Positions 1 to 7,600 of a DNA stretch of 15,637 nucleotides are shown here, one piece after another (the first letter of the stretch is position 1; each line of letters starts with the position of its first letter). A program made the translations under genes and the position numbers. The DNA lies in the NCBI GenBank assembly GCA_043767805.1, contig JAYUGC010000049.1, forward strand, positions 1 to 15,637. Direction: 5' to 3'. Under the pieces are notes generated by a model, which ran no database searches, was not told the DNA's origin, and saw nothing but the letters and a program-made list of their open reading frames with translations. Origin of the DNA: Pseudomonadota bacterium. Lineage in GTDB: Bacteria; Bdellovibrionota; FAC87; UBA2466.

Positions 1-173
1 GCAGTAGGGTGTACTGTAGTGGATCCCGCCTCCGTCCACCCCTACCTAAGGCGGCCCCGGACTGAAAGCGCAACGAGCCCGATCGCCCGAGATGATTTGG
101 TGTGGAAGAACCCATCCACGACCTTTCCAACCTCCCGCCCGTCCCCTATTCTTGCCGGCGGTTAGGGGGAGCG

Positions 174-1271
174 ATGTATCGGATGGCTTGGGGACTCGCG
201 CTGTGGATCTGGGGGATGAGCCCGGCGCAGGCCGTCTCTTTGAAAGAGATCGGATCTTGGGTTCGGCGCGGAGAAGTCCGCAGCGTCGAAGACGTGGTGA
301 AAAGACTTCCCGCAGACTTACGCGCGCGCTTCGTTTTGATGGAACGCTCGCGCAGCCTTCAAGAAGCGAGCCCGCAATTCCCCCGCACCGTGCTTTACGG
401 GGAGCGCGGTGATTTACTCATCAGCTTTAACGGCGAGGCTTCCCAGAGAGGCTTCGGAACTCTCGAAGCGATCGAGCGCGATCCCGCACGCCTCACCCAC
501 GAAATTCGATCGTTTGATTTCACGGGCCCCACGCCGCGAGTGTCTCCGCCCAATCCGGAAATCTGCATGAAGTGCCACCGGAGTTTCGCTCGCCCAAACT
601 GGGAGCCGTACCCGTACTGGCCCGGAGCCCTCGGACAAAGTCCCAAGTTTTCTCCAGAGGAAAGAAGACGACTCGAAGCGTTCGCGCAAAGCGCCCCTCG
701 TCATCCGCTCTACCGTCATCTCGATTTCTCGCGCGTAAAAAGCCGCGCTTCGACTCCGGCGTTCGAGCTCTACGCGATTCTCACCGAGCAAACTATCCTT
801 CGCGCTCCGGCCATTCTCGCCGCGAGCCCCGCGTACGGCCACTATCGCCCGGCGATTCTCGGGGCGCTCGCGGATTGCCCGGATGTCGCGGCTTGGACGC
901 CCGAGCTGGGCAAAAGTATTTCTTTCGAGAAATACCGGGAGGACACCTTGCGCCGCTTTCAGCTTTTGCCCGCCCCTTATGCGCCTTTGCTAACCGGCGC
1001 CATTCCCTCCGTCATGGCGAAGCTTCGTTACCTTTTGGAGAGCCGCAACTTTCCGGTGGACTCGCTTCCCAACTCTTTCACCGAACGTTACTTCCTGACG
1101 ACAGCGGGCTCGGTCGTGCCGCAGATTCTTTCTCGGATGCCCGGGATTCCGCCGACAGCTCCCCTCGCCGCTTTGTCGGCGTATTTTCAGCCGGGAGCCA
1201 GGCCCTACGGCCTAGCCGAAAAGAAAGCGCACGCCGAGTTCTGCGACGCACTGAAAGGGGAGATGCGATGA
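174..1271 (+). CDS. Exported hypothetical protein with a single CxxCH motif (possible c-type heme protein), about 365 aa
   Basis: ATG at 174 follows a G-rich SD-like AGGGGGA. The N-terminus MYRMAWGLALWIWGMSPAQA looks like a signal peptide ending in AQA. CMKCH is encoded at 564-578. The stop overlaps the next ATG (ATGA, 1268-1271). Confidence 0.8.
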   Translation: MYRMAWGLALWIWGMSPAQAVSLKEIGSWVRRGEVRSVEDVVKRLPADLRARFVLMERSRSLQEASPQFPRTVLYGERGDLLISFNGEASQRGFGTLEAIERDPARLTHEIRSFDFTGPTPRVSPPNPEICMKCHRSFARPNWEPYPYWPGALGQSPKFSPEERRRLEAFAQSAPRHPLYRHLDFSRVKSRASTPAFELYAILTEQTILRAPAILAASPAYGHYRPAILGALADCPDVAAWTPELGKSISFEKYREDTLRRFQLLPAPYAPLLTGAIPSVMAKLRYLLESRNFPVDSLPNSFTERYFLTTAGSVVPQILSRMPGIPPTAPLAALSAYFQPGARPYGLAEKKAHAEFCDALKGEMR

Positions 1272-1822
1272 AGCCGTGGAAGACACTTCAAACGACACCC
1301 ATGGGGGACTACCGGGTTTTTTCCGTCAGTAAGGTCAGAAACCGCTCTCCCGAATCCGGAAAGGAAGGTGACTTCTTCGTCATTGGCGCCGGCAACTGGG
1401 TGAATGTCATCGCTCTCACCCCGGACGACGAAGTGGTCCTGGTAGAGCAGTACCGGCACGGTAGCCAAACGCTCACCTTGGAAATTCCCGGGGGCTGCAT
1501 CGATGCGGAAGACGCCTCACCCGTCGTCGCGGCCCAGAGAGAGCTCCTCGAAGAAACGGGCTACGAGGGAAAAGATTGGGTGGAGCTCGGGTGGAACGAT
1601 CCAAACCCGGCGCTTTTTTCCAACCGCTGCTACACCTATCTCGTGCGCAACGTGAAGTTCACGAAGCTTCAGGCCTTGGACAGCATGGAAGAAATCACCG
1701 TGCACAAGGTTCCGCTAAAAGACATCGATCGGCTCATCGCGGAGAGGAAAATCACCCACTCGCTCGTGATTACCGGTTTTTATTTTTTGGATCTTTGGAA
1801 GAAGGCCCGACCCGGCGCTTGA
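1268..1822 (+). CDS. Nudix hydrolase, ADP-ribose pyrophosphatase (NudF)-like, 184 aa
   Basis: C-terminal part of ORF 572..1822, starting at MKPWKTL. Nudix box PGGCIDAEDASPVVAAQRELLEETGY, preceded by VVLVEQYRHG and followed by PNPALFSN, both typical of the ADPRase subfamily. SD-like AAGGGGAG and an ATGA overlap with the upstream gene. Confidence 0.92.
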   Translation: MKPWKTLQTTPMGDYRVFSVSKVRNRSPESGKEGDFFVIGAGNWVNVIALTPDDEVVLVEQYRHGSQTLTLEIPGGCIDAEDASPVVAAQRELLEETGYEGKDWVELGWNDPNPALFSNRCYTYLVRNVKFTKLQALDSMEEITVHKVPLKDIDRLIAERKITHSLVITGFYFLDLWKKARPGA

Positions 1823-2006
1823 AGAAACCGGTGAGATCGAATCCGAAGGAGCGCAGCACGGCGAGAAGCACGATGGCCGCGCCCACTTCGTCAAGATTTC
1901 CGATGATCGGGAAGTTGTCCGGGATGAGCTCGAAGAATCCCGCCGAAGGATTCAGCAGATAAATGAGCGCCACGATCCCGACCAAGACGTGCCAGAGCTT
2001 TTTCAT
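1770..2006 (-). CDS. Small DUF1232/YkvA-like membrane protein, 78 aa
   Basis: ALIYLLNP...ELIPDNFPIIGNLDE matches the Y..SP.DLIPD.IP..G.LDD signature of DUF1232. Hydrophobic segments present. The start overlaps the upstream stop (2003-2006). Confidence 0.85.
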   Translation of the reverse strand: MKKLWHVLVGIVALIYLLNPSAGFFELIPDNFPIIGNLDEVGAAIVLLAVLRSFGFDLTGFFKRRVGPSSKDPKNKNR

Positions 2007-2371
2007 AGCACGGTGACGCAGCGATCGGCCGTCGCGCCAACGCTATCGGTAACTCGCACGCAGGCCACGCCCGTCGTACTTTGCGCGGTGAGCACCGTCG
2101 TGGTCGAAGCCGTGGACGTCGTGACCGTCACCGAGCCGCCGCCCACCAGCACCGAGTAGGTATAAGGAGTGGTTCCGCCCTTAACGGTGAAAGTCAGGGT
2201 CCCCGAAATGGCCATGGTCGTGGCTCCCGCGGCCAAAGCCAGAGTGGAGCTTCCCAAAGCTTGTTCACAATCCCCTTGGCCCAAGGTGCAGACATTGCCG
2301 CATGAGCTGAGCAGCAGAGCAAGCCCCGCACTGAGGCCGAGACCGAACCAGGGAAGTACTTTTTTGAACAT
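2003..2371 (-). CDS. Lipoprotein with one Thr-rich Ig-like beta domain, 122 aa
   Basis: ATG at 2371 with an upstream AGGAG SD. MFKKVLPWFGLGLSAGLALLLSSC is a lipoprotein signal with lipobox LSSC. GGTTPYTYS and VRVTDSVG motifs resemble Ig-like adhesin repeats. Confidence 0.8.
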   Translation of the reverse strand: MFKKVLPWFGLGLSAGLALLLSSCGNVCTLGQGDCEQALGSSTLALAAGATTMAISGTLTFTVKGGTTPYTYSVLVGGGSVTVTTSTASTTTVLTAQSTTGVACVRVTDSVGATADRCVTVL

Positions 2372-2505
2372 GGATTGAGCTCCTTCTCCGGAGAGACGCA
2401 CGAGACTAGGAATTTGTGAGGATTCATACATTGTAGCGCCGCCGAGAGCAACTTGGCGACCCAGCGCCCCATGTGAGCCTGGGTCTTTCCCTCCTAGAAT
2501 AAGGG

Positions 2506-2808
2506 ATGGCTTCTTCCCCGTTACCCTCGTTCCCCTGTACCGGATGCCAAAAGCCCGCGGGCTTTCTGGAAATCCTGGAGTCGGCCTCGAACTCTCTGCC
2601 CGCGAGCAGCGAAATTCTCTATACCTGCTCCACCTGCGGCCACGAGTCGTCGATCTGGGTGTCCGACGGCAAGATCCGCGTAAGTGAAAAGAGCCTCGTG
2701 ACTGACTTACCGTCCCTTCACGTTTACGTAGACCCTACCTACGGAGTCGATTGCATTTTTCAGGGCAAGCTCTATCACATGCCGAGGCGCCTCTCGCCCA
2801 GTACCTGA
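2506..2808 (+). CDS. Small zinc-ribbon-like protein (CxxC-x26-CxxC), 100 aa
   Basis: CTGC and CSTC pairs. The ORF fills the gap between two minus-strand genes. TAGAAT at 2495-2500 lies just upstream of the ATG. Confidence 0.65.
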   Translation: MASSPLPSFPCTGCQKPAGFLEILESASNSLPASSEILYTCSTCGHESSIWVSDGKIRVSEKSLVTDLPSLHVYVDPTYGVDCIFQGKLYHMPRRLSPST

Positions 2809-4233
2809 CTACCAGCGCTTGTCTTCGCGGATGAACGTCATGAGCACGTCGAAGGCGGTGCCGCCGCGAGCCGGGGCGTCGTGCCAGGTGTCGCCGATTT
2901 TCACCTTCAGCGTGGGCTTGGCTTTATCGGCGCCGTCGATTTTCCAGACGTTGCCGTTGGCGGCTTCGTACAAGACGGAATGTTTTGCCGCGGCCGCATC
3001 GATGCTGGAGGCCGCGAGCTTGGCGTCGCTATTCATCTCCACCAGGTTTTCGCCGAGGGTCTTGAGCTTGCCGCTCATCTCCATCGCAACTTGATAAGCC
3101 GGATACTCTTCGACCTTATACTTGCCGCTGACGAGATGAGGGCGGAGCTCTTCGGCCATAGCCTTAACCGTGACGATAGTAGCTCCCGCTGGAGAAACGA
3201 ACGTCTGACTGAGAATCGATCGGTTGAATGTGAGGGCGGTCGCATCGGCCACTTTCAAGTTCTGATTGCCAATCTTGTCGGGAGCCTTTCCCGTCACCAA
3301 AGCCGCGCGGTCGTCGAAAGTGAGGAGCTTTTGTAAGACACCGCGGTCGGAAGAGTTGCCGTAAGCGGGCACTCCGACGTCGTCCTTGAACGCGGTGACG
3401 ATGACTTTACCTTCAGGAGTCATGAGACCCTTGTTGAAGAAGGTCGGCCAGAAGGCGCCCGTGAGAATATCGAGCTCGGCTTCCGTGAGACTCGGGTAGC
3501 GGCGGCCCGCTTCAGCGCGATCCGTGACCGGACCGAAGTTGTGCCAGGCGATGGCGTCCGCGAGCTGCAAGAAAGCATCGAGCCGTTCCGCTTCGGGAAC
3601 ATTGAGGCGTTCGCCTTCTTTTTGGACGAGCTCCGCGACCCGCGCGATGCTGTCAAAGCCGTGTCCCATGATGCGGGTCTTCAAGAAGTCGCCTTTCACT
3701 TTGTCTTTCACGTAAGCACGGAGATGGCTCGTGCCTTCGGTCTCGGGAAGCTTTCCCAAGTCGTGCACGAGCTTCACGAGATTCAAGTCCCGCGCGTTCG
3801 CGCCGAACATGTCTTGCACTGCGCCGTTCGGAAATTGTTCGCTGGAGCGCGTGTTGAGTCTCCACAGCGCCGTGTGATCGGATTGATGGCCCTTGTTGCC
3901 GACCGCAATGGGATCTCCCGCGCGGGCGGCAGCGGTCAGCGCTCGGTACGCTTCCCGGCGCAAGGCTTGCTTGAAATCTTCGCGGATGTCGAGGCGGCGG
4001 CCTTCATCTCGCCGGCCTTCGTAGGACGTGCTCTTTACTTCGACGGCGGCCTCGACCCCGTCCTTGCCTCGAGCGAGTAGCTGTTCGGGCGTTAGCCCGG
4101 CAGCTTCTCCCTTCCTCATCACGAGCTGCTTGAAGATGTCGCACGTGATCGGGGCGCCATACGCGCTGTCCGACCAATGGAGCCCGATAACCACCAGAGC
4201 TAGAACGAAGTACGTTATTAAAAGGCGTTTCAT
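2809..4233 (-). CDS. Signal-peptide-bearing HD-domain-like protein (putative exported metal-dependent phosphohydrolase), 474 aa
   Basis: ATG at 4233 with SD GGAGGG. Signal peptide MKRLLITYFVLALVVIGLHWSDSAYGA. Ordered motifs DHT, VHDLGK (HD codons at 3760-3765), GHGFDS, IAWHN and LTFDDR fit the H..HD..H..H..D layout of HD domains. The CDS is secure; the HD call rests on motif reading only. Confidence 0.8.
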   Translation of the reverse strand: MKRLLITYFVLALVVIGLHWSDSAYGAPITCDIFKQLVMRKGEAAGLTPEQLLARGKDGVEAAVEVKSTSYEGRRDEGRRLDIREDFKQALRREAYRALTAAARAGDPIAVGNKGHQSDHTALWRLNTRSSEQFPNGAVQDMFGANARDLNLVKLVHDLGKLPETEGTSHLRAYVKDKVKGDFLKTRIMGHGFDSIARVAELVQKEGERLNVPEAERLDAFLQLADAIAWHNFGPVTDRAEAGRRYPSLTEAELDILTGAFWPTFFNKGLMTPEGKVIVTAFKDDVGVPAYGNSSDRGVLQKLLTFDDRAALVTGKAPDKIGNQNLKVADATALTFNRSILSQTFVSPAGATIVTVKAMAEELRPHLVSGKYKVEEYPAYQVAMEMSGKLKTLGENLVEMNSDAKLAASSIDAAAAKHSVLYEAANGNVWKIDGADKAKPTLKVKIGDTWHDAPARGGTAFDVLMTFIREDKRW

Positions 4234-4286
4234 GGGTCCCTCCAAGCTTCCTCATGAGTGGAAGCGAGGGGGACACTAAGAAAGGG

Positions 4287-4805
4287 TCATGAATTCATTG
4301 AGAATACGGCGAATAACTTCGCCCACGGCTCAACATACTGAAAGGTAATCCCTATTAGGGTGCGCGTGGAGAGGCCCAGAAAGACGCAAAAAGCGAGAAA
4401 GAGGATATTGCCCTCCATCAGCTCAGTCGCCACCGAGACGCCCAGGAAGTACCTAAACGCGTATCCCATCTTGCCTCGAAGTGCCCGGTGGACCGCGACC
4501 AGCTCGGGGATGGTGAAGAAAATCCAATCAACGAGGTTATAGAGGGTCACCCCCCAGAGCACGGCCGAGGCGAAGAGCCGCGGCGCGAGCGTGCGATCCT
4601 GGCGGCACCAGCCGTAGGCAATGAGAAATAGAAGCACCTGGGAGGCAAGAACGACGATCTGCCTTTTTAGCTTTTGCCTTGCCCGGCGCTTGATGTAATC
4701 GCGGGCGGCTTCGCGCGCGGTCTTTCGGAGCGTGTTGAGCAGTTGCGCGGCGAGGATAATTTCCGAGCGGTACTTCCAGAGAGCATGAAACAGAGGCACG
4801 ATCAT
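4287..4805 (-). CDS. Hypothetical membrane protein, 172 aa
   Basis: Basic amphipathic N-terminus followed by about three hydrophobic segments. The ATG directly abuts the exonuclease stop (TAAATG). Confidence 0.75.
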   Translation of the reverse strand: MIVPLFHALWKYRSEIILAAQLLNTLRKTAREAARDYIKRRARQKLKRQIVVLASQVLLFLIAYGWCRQDRTLAPRLFASAVLWGVTLYNLVDWIFFTIPELVAVHRALRGKMGYAFRYFLGVSVATELMEGNILFLAFCVFLGLSTRTLIGITFQYVEPWAKLFAVFSMNS

Positions 4806-5402
4806 TTACGCTTTGGGCCGGATCATGTCGATCATCTTGCAGTAGATCTTGCCCATGTCGATGGCGTCACTCAAAGCGGTGTGATCGGCGTTCTCTTTCA
4901 GCTTGAAGTACTGCATGAGGCTTTGGGTATTGGCGGTTTTCGCCGGTAGCAACCCCGCGTCCTCGAAGCTTTTGCCGAGGCAGGTGACGTCGACGATATG
5001 GTGGTGAAACGCTTTCTGCATCCACTCCCAGCCGAAGGAACGGGTCAGCAGCGGGATATCGAGGGCGCTCATGGACTTTCCCATGAGGATGGGGCGGCTT
5101 TTGCCGAAGAAATCGAGAAGGGGCTTCGACTTCAGATATTCGGAGAGCTCCGCCTTGCAGGCCTCAATGGAAATGCCCTCGGCGTGCGCCTTGCGGATGA
5201 GGCCTTCTTGATGCTTTAGCACCCACTCGTTCAGCGTGGGCTTTAAGCTCTCGAAGCTATCGCACTTGACGAGCCACTCTTTGCCGAGCTCGGTGTGCAC
5301 CGTGCCCCTATCGACGTCTACGGGGACGACGGCGAGCTGAATCATCACGCATTTTTCTTCGAGGCCTGTCGCCTCGGTATCGAGACTCAAGTAACGCCGC
5401 AT
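4806..5402 (-). CDS. DEDDh-family (DnaQ-like) 3'-5' exonuclease, stand-alone, 198 aa
   Basis: ExoI LSLDTEATGL, ExoII-like SALDIPLL, ExoIII HTALSDA. SD GGAGG upstream of the ATG. Confidence 0.9.
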   Translation of the reverse strand: MRRYLSLDTEATGLEEKCVMIQLAVVPVDVDRGTVHTELGKEWLVKCDSFESLKPTLNEWVLKHQEGLIRKAHAEGISIEACKAELSEYLKSKPLLDFFGKSRPILMGKSMSALDIPLLTRSFGWEWMQKAFHHHIVDVTCLGKSFEDAGLLPAKTANTQSLMQYFKLKENADHTALSDAIDMGKIYCKMIDMIRPKA

Positions 5403-5429
5403 GGATCCTCCGGGTTCAACGCCCGAAGG

Positions 5430-5438
5430 AGTATATCA
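5430..5438 (-). promoter_or_regulatory. Putative extended -10 promoter (TGaTATACT) for the exonuclease unit
   Basis: Minus strand reads TGATATACT about 28 nt upstream of the ATG at 5402. The TG is part of the upstream gene's TGA stop. No good -35 element. Confidence 0.5.
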
Positions 5439-6152
5439 CCGGGGCGCCAAGCTTCCATTCTTTACCAGATTGTTCTGGAAAGTCTGGAGGCGGTCCCGGT
5501 TCTTTTCGATGATGTTATCGGCGTAGCGCGCGAAAAACCGGACCCGGTAGCCGATGATGGCCTGAGGATCCGGCATGTCGAAGAGCGCCTTGGCGATCGG
5601 CACGAGGCGAGAGGCCTCGCGGCTTTGAGAAAGCACTTCGCTGTCCTCGAACACGGGCACGCCGCCCTGGCCTTGCTCGAAGAAACGAGGAAACTCTTTC
5701 GCGGCCTGCTCGAGCGAGTTGGAAGACGCGATATCGCGGCCGCCCACTTTGGCGCTCTGGCGCATGTTCTCGTTCAACGCCCGCGCGTAGGACGCAGTCA
5801 TATGGAGATACTCGAGCACGAGAAGGCTATCGGCCATGAGGCCCACGGAATCGTTTTTATTCAGCGCTCCGCTTTCCCAGTTCTCGATGAGCTGCGTCTC
5901 CGCGTTCAAGCGGGCAAGCTCGGCCAAAAGCGCGATGTAAATGCGAGGAGCCGCCGCGCGCTCTCTCGTTTTTAAAATCTCACGAAGCTCTTCGCCGACG
6001 CCGCGGATTTCGGCGCGGACGGCGGTATGCTTGTCCTTATACTTGATGAAAATTCTATCTACGGGAGTGGTCCCGATTCTAGCAAAGTGATCGCCGGCCA
6101 AAAGACCCAGCACGATAAGCGCGAGTACAACCGTTTTCGCTCGTTTCAACAT
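5436..6152 (-). CDS. Hypothetical protein with N-terminal signal or anchor, predicted mainly helical, about 238 aa
   Basis: From ORF 5436..6233. The likely start is ATG 6152 (or 6158) after GGGGG. MLKRAKTVVLALIVLGLLAG is a basic plus hydrophobic N-terminus. No recognised motif. Confidence 0.75.
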   Translation of the reverse strand: MLKRAKTVVLALIVLGLLAGDHFARIGTTPVDRIFIKYKDKHTAVRAEIRGVGEELREILKTRERAAAPRIYIALLAELARLNAETQLIENWESGALNKNDSVGLMADSLLVLEYLHMTASYARALNENMRQSAKVGGRDIASSNSLEQAAKEFPRFFEQGQGGVPVFEDSEVLSQSREASRLVPIAKALFDMPDPQAIIGYRVRFFARYADNIIEKNRDRLQTFQNNLVKNGSLAPR

Positions 6153-6316
6153 GTACATCCCCCAAATAAGACAGTGCCCACAACTTCGACATTTTTTCGG
6201 GACACTACTGCCTGTGGCTTTGGGAAATTGCAAAGCCGGAGCCAGGGGGATCTTGGGGGTGTATTCCGTCGGTAGTCGGGGGCCGGGCAGTGAGACTACC
6301 GCGACTTACGGTGCGC

Positions 6317-6534
6317 TCAGCGAGTGGCGGACAGGGTCGTATCGTTATATTTCCATACCGCCGCACAATTACTGAACGTTCCGGTGATCGTGTTGTTAGA
6401 TCCATCCTTTATGCTGAGCGTGCCGTCTTTGATGAAATGAGACTCGCCCGAAAAAGCTTTCCGTTCCCGCCTCCACAAGCAGCGGCTAGCAGCGTCAGTC
6501 CTAAGCAACGCATGAAGCGGATGGGAAACGTCAT
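6317..6534 (-). pseudogene. Frameshifted small lipoprotein gene (pseudogene or sequencing error)
   Basis: SD GGGGAGG, then ATG at 6534 giving MTFPIRFMRCLGLTLLAAAC-GGGNGK (lipobox-like AAAC). The frame stops at 6409-6411. A protein-like continuation AFSGESHFIKDGTLSIKDGSNNTITGTFSNCAAVWKYNDTTLSATR runs in the adjacent frame from about 6458 to 6317. Confidence 0.5.
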
Positions 6535-6584
6535 GATGGCCTCCCCACGCTGTGGGGAAATTTAAGCACGGGGGGCCAAGACGA

Positions 6585-7031
6585 TCACGGCGCGGGACGG
6601 CGTCGATCTTTCCAGACCTCTTCGGGGAAAGGCTCAATCCAGAACGCTTGATACGCGTCGGCCTTTGGGTCGCGCACGAGCGCGAAAGTGAAGCGCTCGC
6701 CAAAGCGGCTTTTTACTCCTGCGGGTCCTACCTGATAAGCCAGGTTCCTAGGATGAAGGTACCTCGCGGTGGGCTCTCCCAAGAGCGCCTTCAACGCCGC
6801 CTCGGACTTACCTTTAAAGAGGCCGCGGCTTACGAAGTCGTAAAGCTGGCGCCCTCGCGCTTCCGCGTCCGCTTTGCTCCAAAGCTCCGCCTGAAAGGGC
6901 TCGGTACCGAGCGCGCGTAACCTCTCGGGATTCTGGTAATTCACTCGCGGCGAAAAAAGAAACACGCCGCCGAAAAGTACAACCAGCCCCAGCAGAGAAA
7001 ACCCCAAAACCTTTAAAAACTTACCTAGCAT
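6585..7031 (-). CDS. Membrane-anchored hypothetical protein with a BamE/SmpA-like motif, 148 aa
   Basis: N-terminal TM segment VLGFSLLGLVVLFGGVFLF. GKSEAALKALLGEP resembles the G.T..EV..LLG.P motif of SmpA/OmlA-like domains. No lipobox Cys, so not called bamE. Confidence 0.75.
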   Translation of the reverse strand: MLGKFLKVLGFSLLGLVVLFGGVFLFSPRVNYQNPERLRALGTEPFQAELWSKADAEARGRQLYDFVSRGLFKGKSEAALKALLGEPTARYLHPRNLAYQVGPAGVKSRFGERFTFALVRDPKADAYQAFWIEPFPEEVWKDRRRPAP

Positions 7032-7045
7032 CGCCTGAATTGCCC

Positions 7046-7074
7046 TTGTCCCGGTCCTACCATCCCCTTATAGT
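7046..7074 (+). promoter_or_regulatory. Putative sigma70 promoter for the mutT-like gene
   Basis: TTGTCC (7046-7051), 17-bp spacer, TATAGT (7069-7074). A 6-bp stem CCAAAC/GTTTGG (7083-7101) follows in the 5' UTR. Confidence 0.6.
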
Positions 7075-7115
7075 GCAACGCACCAAACTTTTCCGGTTTG
7101 GGTTGGGAAGCGTGG

Positions 7116-7526
7116 ATGGCTCATATTCCGAAACAAGTTGCCGCCGCTGTGGTCGTCCGGGAAGGCCGTATTTTGGTCGCCCAGCGCCGTTTCGATGACC
7201 GCTTGGGCGGGCATTGGGAATTTCCCGGCGGCAAGATCGAGCCCGGCGAGACCGCCGAAGCTTGCCTCGTGCGCGAGTTCCAAGAGGAGTTCGCCATGCA
7301 AATCGAGCCGCTCCATTTCCTCGCGCGCTCCGATCACTCCTATGAGCTGGGCGCCGTCGAGCTCTATGCGTACTGGGCGCGATCGCTCTCCGAGCCGGTC
7401 GAGCTGAACGCGCATGAAGAGTACCGCTGGCTCCTTCCGGAAGAGATTCCGGCTTTGAAGCTTGCGCCCGCGGATCTGCCGCTCATCGCTCAGATTCTCT
7501 CCGAAGGCATTCCCTTTTCCGACTGA
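7116..7526 (+). CDS. mutT: MutT/NudG-like (deoxy)nucleoside triphosphate pyrophosphohydrolase, 136 aa
   Basis: VAAAVV..GRILVAQR, WEFPGGKIEPGETAEACLVREFQEEFAM (Nudix box) and C-terminal LAPADLP are typical of MutT/NudG. MutT versus NudG cannot be resolved by eye. Confidence 0.88.
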   Translation: MAHIPKQVAAAVVVREGRILVAQRRFDDRLGGHWEFPGGKIEPGETAEACLVREFQEEFAMQIEPLHFLARSDHSYELGAVELYAYWARSLSEPVELNAHEEYRWLLPEEIPALKLAPADLPLIAQILSEGIPFSD

Positions 7527-7600
7527 AAGTTCGGCGTATTCCCGGAGAGGGCCGTAGCCTAACCCCGTGGCATCTCCCTTGCTCTATAAGTAGCCGACTT

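Noticed and set aside
1..130. Stems near the left edge (GTAGGG/CCCTAC, GTGGA/TCCAC) and short minus-strand frames running off the window
   Set aside because: Too little context, and no recognisable RNA or protein motif.
572..1267. N-terminal 232 codons of ORF 572..1822, suggesting a Nudix fusion protein
   Set aside because: Arg/Ser/Pro-rich off-frame read-through overlapping the real gene 174..1271. The Nudix gene has its own SD and ATG at 1268.
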